Virus record (IMG/VR): IMGVR_UViG_3300027762_000009 | Span: 474 to 64,473 of that record | Reading direction: 5' to 3' (one strand) | Length of the DNA: 64,000 nucleotides | From: a virus | Lineage: Duplodnaviria > Caudoviricetes | In this document: piece by piece, positions 60,601 to 64,000 of the stretch | Layout of the letters: every line of letters begins with the position of its first letter | Numbering within the stretch: the stretch's first letter is position 1 | Position numbers and translations under genes: made by a program | The notes under the pieces: model-generated | Databases searched by the model: none | Told to the model about the DNA's origin: nothing | What the model saw: the letters and a program-made list of their open reading frames with translations, nothing else

Positions 60601-61467
60601 GTAGTAGTTAACGGTGTTGGAGGAGCAGGTAGCTGGGCACAAGTATACATGCAATTATCCACAGGGGATCATACGATTGAGTGTAGGTATACTAAAGATG
60701 GTAGCATAAACACTGCAGCAGATACTGCTTATATAGATAATATAGAAGTGTATGATGCCTCGTTTACACCAGCAAGTGAATTAACATCGGATGCTAATAC
60801 ATCTTTATTGCTATCAGGTAATGGTACACATGGTAGTAATACAATCAGTGATTCAAGTGGTACAACAAAAACTATGACATCTGTAGGAAATACTATTAAT
60901 TGGAATAGTCCACAAAAATTTGGTACTGGCTGCTTATGGTTAACTGCTGGAGCTTATTTGCAAATAGCACATACTACTGACATGGATTTTGCCGCCAACA
61001 ACTTTACTATCCACTGCTGGATTACTCCAAGTGCATTACCTGCTGCTAGTGCATATATGACCATTTTAGGTAAATGTTACACCACAACCGCTGGCCTATC
61101 CTGGTTAATAGAGATATATAATAATGCCGGTACTTACCGCTTTAGTATAAGATGGTCATATAATGGAACTACCACACAGCAACAAATTACAAACTATGCC
61201 TTCACCATAGGAACTAGATATCATATAGCAGTAGTAAGAAACGGAACTAATCTAGTAAGTTATGTTAATGGAGTTACATTAGCTACTACCGCTATAGGAA
61301 CTAATGCCATATTTAGCCAAACAGACGCCAGACCATTACTTATTGGTGCTTTTTTTAATGGAACTAGTGCACCTAACCAAAAATTTGCCGGTTGGCTAGA
61401 TGAATTAATTATTGAACGAAGTGCTTTATGGACAGCCGACTTTACGCCACCTGTGGCCGAATATTAA
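57637..61467 (+). CDS. Tail fibre / receptor-binding protein with multiple LamG/ConA domains
   Basis: Three LLLH..DSS..FG..DFTIE..WYHLA..GYLDE repeats plus CBM-like domains. Confidence 0.8.
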   Translation: MPNYRYTDNKVFNGDASMELDWWNDIGDVEVVDGGISGSNGRLFRIGPNSSMWQTFDDPNFTPSDIRVSGYVYLNNNEQELVEALIKYTIYYLDGTKGRYAVPLRINLANTVQGTIEGTSVTFYYFEDTLACDEDKKIDYLRIDIEVGDMSNGDEIDDPYTVLLLHMNGAQDSTDFIDSSLSEHIFTPNGAVKIDTSFYRFGGASGSFGTSKNISTPDSDAFHLGADDFTIECFLFPTSLGGYQGIMSHRTSASSNHGWAVGLYNSKLFFSYTTDGTTNKEYTFDTVLLTNQWYHLAWVRRGDTLYGYVNGLQQLTTVNIGTDTIFNSSEDFYVGKFNGGNQPITGYLDEIRLSKGIARWGEDFIPPVREYNTKITDPITNTNYMFLDDIAVNFNLGTTKSYGKNSEALIIDEYGLNTNYLKNFKNMVHNSQFEAYDADTLQPFYWTCSDALVKTTASAAFFATRSLQIPAGQHAIYDGTGVIDPHWYDSQLTRVSFYARSGTVRVELWDYSNPGTPVRFTLTDEAGYTGLYKDYTFADWHAGTGNSASRATVSFNPGSSTDVRIKFSNVGVAMSYIDGVILEPDFTKAWPSMYTDGPYSLSAAGIGIYVQDDEPTGYIIKKGTLWLKTSTKRWYFWDGSGWQITAGGGGEGVPGLYSGEPCVVSEVVDYSDMDTSVITTNDLVDTAVVSAISLNNLIVLLLHFNGNNFTQFFTDSSTYPKNIQGISNPYTMGNLSKYGAGSIYLDGTGDYITTPDHADFDFGAGDFTIETWIYPWTNLLSSRHLYNQYGASGTYCCYWTIDETSGVYTMLFRLSTSGANATSYSCTIPVLLPNTWYHLAVVRKSNFLYFFVDGNLYGYSNIGAVTLFNSSQTIVIGANTGGTEAFGGWLDDYRVTKGLARYFPNAPSSTEDFEDTDYTPWSITGDWDRTTVDKYAGTYSFASTNQGQHNTSSSAYFAITLTTTKWISLWYKVSSETADKLYIYLDGVVVVNGVGGAGSWAQVYMQLSTGDHTIECRYTKDGSINTAADTAYIDNIEVYDASFTPASELTSDANTSLLLSGNGTHGSNTISDSSGTTKTMTSVGNTINWNSPQKFGTGCLWLTAGAYLQIAHTTDMDFAANNFTIHCWITPSALPAASAYMTILGKCYTTTAGLSWLIEIYNNAGTYRFSIRWSYNGTTTQQQITNYAFTIGTRYHIAVVRNGTNLVSYVNGVTLATTAIGTNAIFSQTDARPLLIGAFFNGTSAPNQKFAGWLDELIIERSALWTADFTPPVAEY

Positions 61468-61478
61468 AGGAGGATATC

Positions 61479-62864
61479 ATGCCGAGAGAGATTATTAGAA
61501 CAGATACTATACATTCTAAAAATGAAATTACTTTATTTGGACATAAAAATAAGCCGAAGCAATTAATGAAAAATAAATATACAGTGCAGCTAATTGATGC
61601 CCTTACAGGAAAAATACAAGAACAGATGGAAGCAGAAAATATGATAAGTAGTCACCATAATCTAATGTCAATTCAAGATCAATTTTTTCGCCCCCCATTT
61701 AGTAACAGTACTGGAAGAGTACCCGATGTTAAAGGGTGGAATCATATTATATTAACTGACTGGACTGGGCCAGAAGATACTAATCTTAGCTACATGAAAG
61801 GGGATATAATAGGATATGCTTGGCGGGATAAGTCGCATGCAGGCCTAAGTATATGGGAAGGTACTATAAACGACGCTGAATGTACCAAAGATGGACACTT
61901 TAATGTCACCCTAGTATTTGATTGGCCTACTCATGCAGCCAATGGTTCTTTTCAATCTATTTTTTGGTATCCTGCACAAACGGGCATTATAGATAATTAT
62001 CAATATTTACCCACAGGGGCAAAAGGTACTTATATTGCTCAAAGTGTACCTAACAGCCCCGGGAGTGATGGGGGCACCATTCATTTTGATGGAGATTGGA
62101 TGTATTATACAAAAGGAGGTTATGTATATCGTTCCAAGAATACTACAGTTACTTCCTTTCAGCGTAGTATTACCGACTATGTAGAAACTTTAGCAAATTT
62201 AACTGCTACGGATAATACCCTCAAGGGTATCGGTAAAAGTGGCGATTATTGGTATGTATATGGTGATCAAAATGATAAAATATATAAATTTGACGCTAAT
62301 TGGACCTTAATTACTTCTTGGAGTTTATCCAATACTTATTTAAACTCTAGTTATCGTCCCTGGATTATGTTTAATGACAAAATACACACAATTAAATATA
62401 ACTCAGCTACTGACTATACACTACATCGTTTTGCCTTAGATGGCACTCTTGAAAAATCAACTAATCTTTACAGAGCCGCAGGAGGTTTTTATAATTGGGG
62501 AGGTAAAGGTGACACACAGATAGGCTTAGTGGCTGATAGTACTAATTTAATAGTAGCAACTACACAGGCTGCTCCTACGAACTACACCTCCTACAGCCAA
62601 ACAAAACAAATATTAGTGGTCGACCCTACTACACATAATGTAATTTCGGATATGCCCGCCACTCTTGAAGGCGAAGCATACCCTTATGGTTTTACCTGGA
62701 ATCCGAAACTAAAAATGTTCGAAGGACCCCGACATGTAAGCTACCCCCAATTGTGGCCACAATCACACATAGTACTCCCATCAGCAATAACTAAAAATAA
62801 TACACAGCTACTTAAAATAAGCTATAATATTACATTGGATCCCACAGATTTACCAACAATATAA
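61479..62864 (+). CDS. Tail-associated protein (beta-propeller-like)
   Basis: FDWPTHAANG, ITKNNTQLLKISY baseplate-anchor pattern. Confidence 0.65.
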   Translation: MPREIIRTDTIHSKNEITLFGHKNKPKQLMKNKYTVQLIDALTGKIQEQMEAENMISSHHNLMSIQDQFFRPPFSNSTGRVPDVKGWNHIILTDWTGPEDTNLSYMKGDIIGYAWRDKSHAGLSIWEGTINDAECTKDGHFNVTLVFDWPTHAANGSFQSIFWYPAQTGIIDNYQYLPTGAKGTYIAQSVPNSPGSDGGTIHFDGDWMYYTKGGYVYRSKNTTVTSFQRSITDYVETLANLTATDNTLKGIGKSGDYWYVYGDQNDKIYKFDANWTLITSWSLSNTYLNSSYRPWIMFNDKIHTIKYNSATDYTLHRFALDGTLEKSTNLYRAAGGFYNWGGKGDTQIGLVADSTNLIVATTQAAPTNYTSYSQTKQILVVDPTTHNVISDMPATLEGEAYPYGFTWNPKLKMFEGPRHVSYPQLWPQSHIVLPSAITKNNTQLLKISYNITLDPTDLPTI

Positions 62865-62886
62865 ATTAATCAAAGGGAGGGAGCAT

Positions 62887-63252
62887 ATGCAAGAAACGGG
62901 AGCGCAGTCGATAAATGAATTAATTAACAAAACCAATAGTGAAATTATCTTGTTCTTTATCATTATTGCCATACTATTTCTTATTCTAGCAATTCCATTA
63001 TCAAGAATCTTAATGGATAATAAAAGAAAAGGCAAAGAACAAGATATAAAAGCACAAAAATTACTTATTGATGTTATCAAAGGTAACTCTGATGTGATGA
63101 GTCAATTGAAAACTGTTCTAGAATCAACAAATTCTAATTGTGCTAAATGTAAGGCAGAACAACTTATGTGCTTTAAAAGAATAGAGGATAAACAGAATGC
63201 GAACATGATTATACTAACTAAAATAGAAAATAGATTAGAACCAAAATTATGA
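62887..63252 (+). CDS. Holin-like single-TM protein
   Basis: N-terminal TM segment plus coiled coil, immediately before the endolysin. Confidence 0.6.
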   Translation: MQETGAQSINELINKTNSEIILFFIIIAILFLILAIPLSRILMDNKRKGKEQDIKAQKLLIDVIKGNSDVMSQLKTVLESTNSNCAKCKAEQLMCFKRIEDKQNANMIILTKIENRLEPKL

Positions 63253-63266
63253 AAGGAGGTAATAAC

Positions 63267-63986
63267 ATGAAACATCGAGTGTACATTGCCGCATCGACTC
63301 AAAAGGAAAATGTTGGTGTAGGACAATACGGTAATGAGCAGGATAGGATGCAATTTCTAGCTAATAGAATTGTTTATTGGCTGAGTACACAAACAGGAAA
63401 ATTTACAACCTTTAGAAATCAACCAGGTTGGTCTTTACAACAAACTATTAATGATTGCAATAAATTGGCTTGTCAGATCTTTATTGACAATCATACAAAT
63501 GCGGGTCCATCAGGAGCGGACGGAACTGAAGTCTATTACCACCGCACTGGTACGGGAGGAGGTAAAAAACTTGCTGAATGTCTTTTTACCCAAATTGGTC
63601 CCTTATCACCCGGATCTGATCGTGGAGTATTAAGTGATCTTACTCTTTACACAAATGGCTTAGCCGTTTTAAGACAAACTACACCTCCAGCAGCTTTAAT
63701 TGAGCATATTTATCACTCTAATATTAAAGAAGTACAGCACTACTTAAATAATATCGAAGCATATGCAAAGGCAACCGCAATTGGTATATGCAATTATTTC
63801 GGTGAAAAATGGATAGAACCTTCTAGTGATTCTCGTACCAGTGTGTTTTCTCTGGTTGACGAAATGTTCCGCGATGGATTAATCACTGATAAAGGATATT
63901 GGTATAAGGTCTTGCAAGGAGAAATTCCGCCAAAACCTGAATACTTACAAATCTTATTTGGTCGTATGGTATCCAAAATAGGCTAA
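63267..63986 (+). CDS. Endolysin, N-acetylmuramoyl-L-alanine amidase (Amidase_3)
   Basis: HTNA..ADGTEVYY, LAVLRQT..PAALIE..YHSN. Confidence 0.9.
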   Translation: MKHRVYIAASTQKENVGVGQYGNEQDRMQFLANRIVYWLSTQTGKFTTFRNQPGWSLQQTINDCNKLACQIFIDNHTNAGPSGADGTEVYYHRTGTGGGKKLAECLFTQIGPLSPGSDRGVLSDLTLYTNGLAVLRQTTPPAALIEHIYHSNIKEVQHYLNNIEAYAKATAIGICNYFGEKWIEPSSDSRTSVFSLVDEMFRDGLITDKGYWYKVLQGEIPPKPEYLQILFGRMVSKIG

Positions 63987-64000
63987 TAAAAAAAAAGGGG

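Larger units (their letters stand above)
4686..63841. repeat. Dispersed motif (A/C)5-CTGGTACG, at least 23 copies
   Basis: Plus strand: 4686, 9804, 14259, 20254, 23890, 27386, 30223, 33700, 37764, 46296, 53369, 59094, 63547. Minus strand: 5182, 14474, 20071, 27595, 30161, 31321, 44699, 49301, 53115, 63834. Confidence 0.92.

Noticed and set aside
53876-62864. Diversity-generating retroelement targeting tail fibres
   Set aside because: No reverse transcriptase and no near-identical TR/VR pair seen; LamG repeats are old and divergent
1-64000. tRNA genes, integrase and att sites; the many short antisense ORFs in the track
   Set aside because: No cloverleaf or recombinase motif found by eye; antisense ORFs are shadows of real genes

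Overview
The window is a near-complete genome (probably circularly permuted) of an AT-rich siphovirus infecting a spore-forming Firmicute, most likely a clostridial host. No integrase or repressor is visible. Layout: 0-4 kb + strand accessory block (lectin-like protein, secreted papain-family protease, small membrane protein, SASP); 4-25.4 kb - strand nucleotide metabolism, replication and regulation (intein-containing class II RNR, ThyX, UDG-PolA, a FolE/QueD/QueE/QueC/TGT-like 7-deazaguanine cluster interleaved with MazG and DUF3310, SSB, AAA recombinase, exonuclease, SNF2 helicase, SpoVG, RuvC-like resolvase, sigma factor, HNH); 25.8-31.5 kb ligase and primase-helicase; 31.5-36.6 kb repeat-rich control and early region; 36.7-64 kb packaging (terL split by a group I intron), head, tail and lysis genes. 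Signals not explained by gene annotation: (1) the motif (A/C)5-CTGGTACG occurs at least 23 times, spread over both strands and often as inverted pairs; (2) a twister ribozyme embedded in a possible translational switch after spoVG; (3) an unidentified ~330-nt highly structured RNA upstream of ssb and the que genes; (4) an ~865-bp segment with no GpC that carries an almost cytosine-free early gene; (5) a six-copy phage-specific promoter; (6) gene content suggesting pre-replicative 7-deazaguanine substitution. All calls come from reading motifs by eye; no database search was run.
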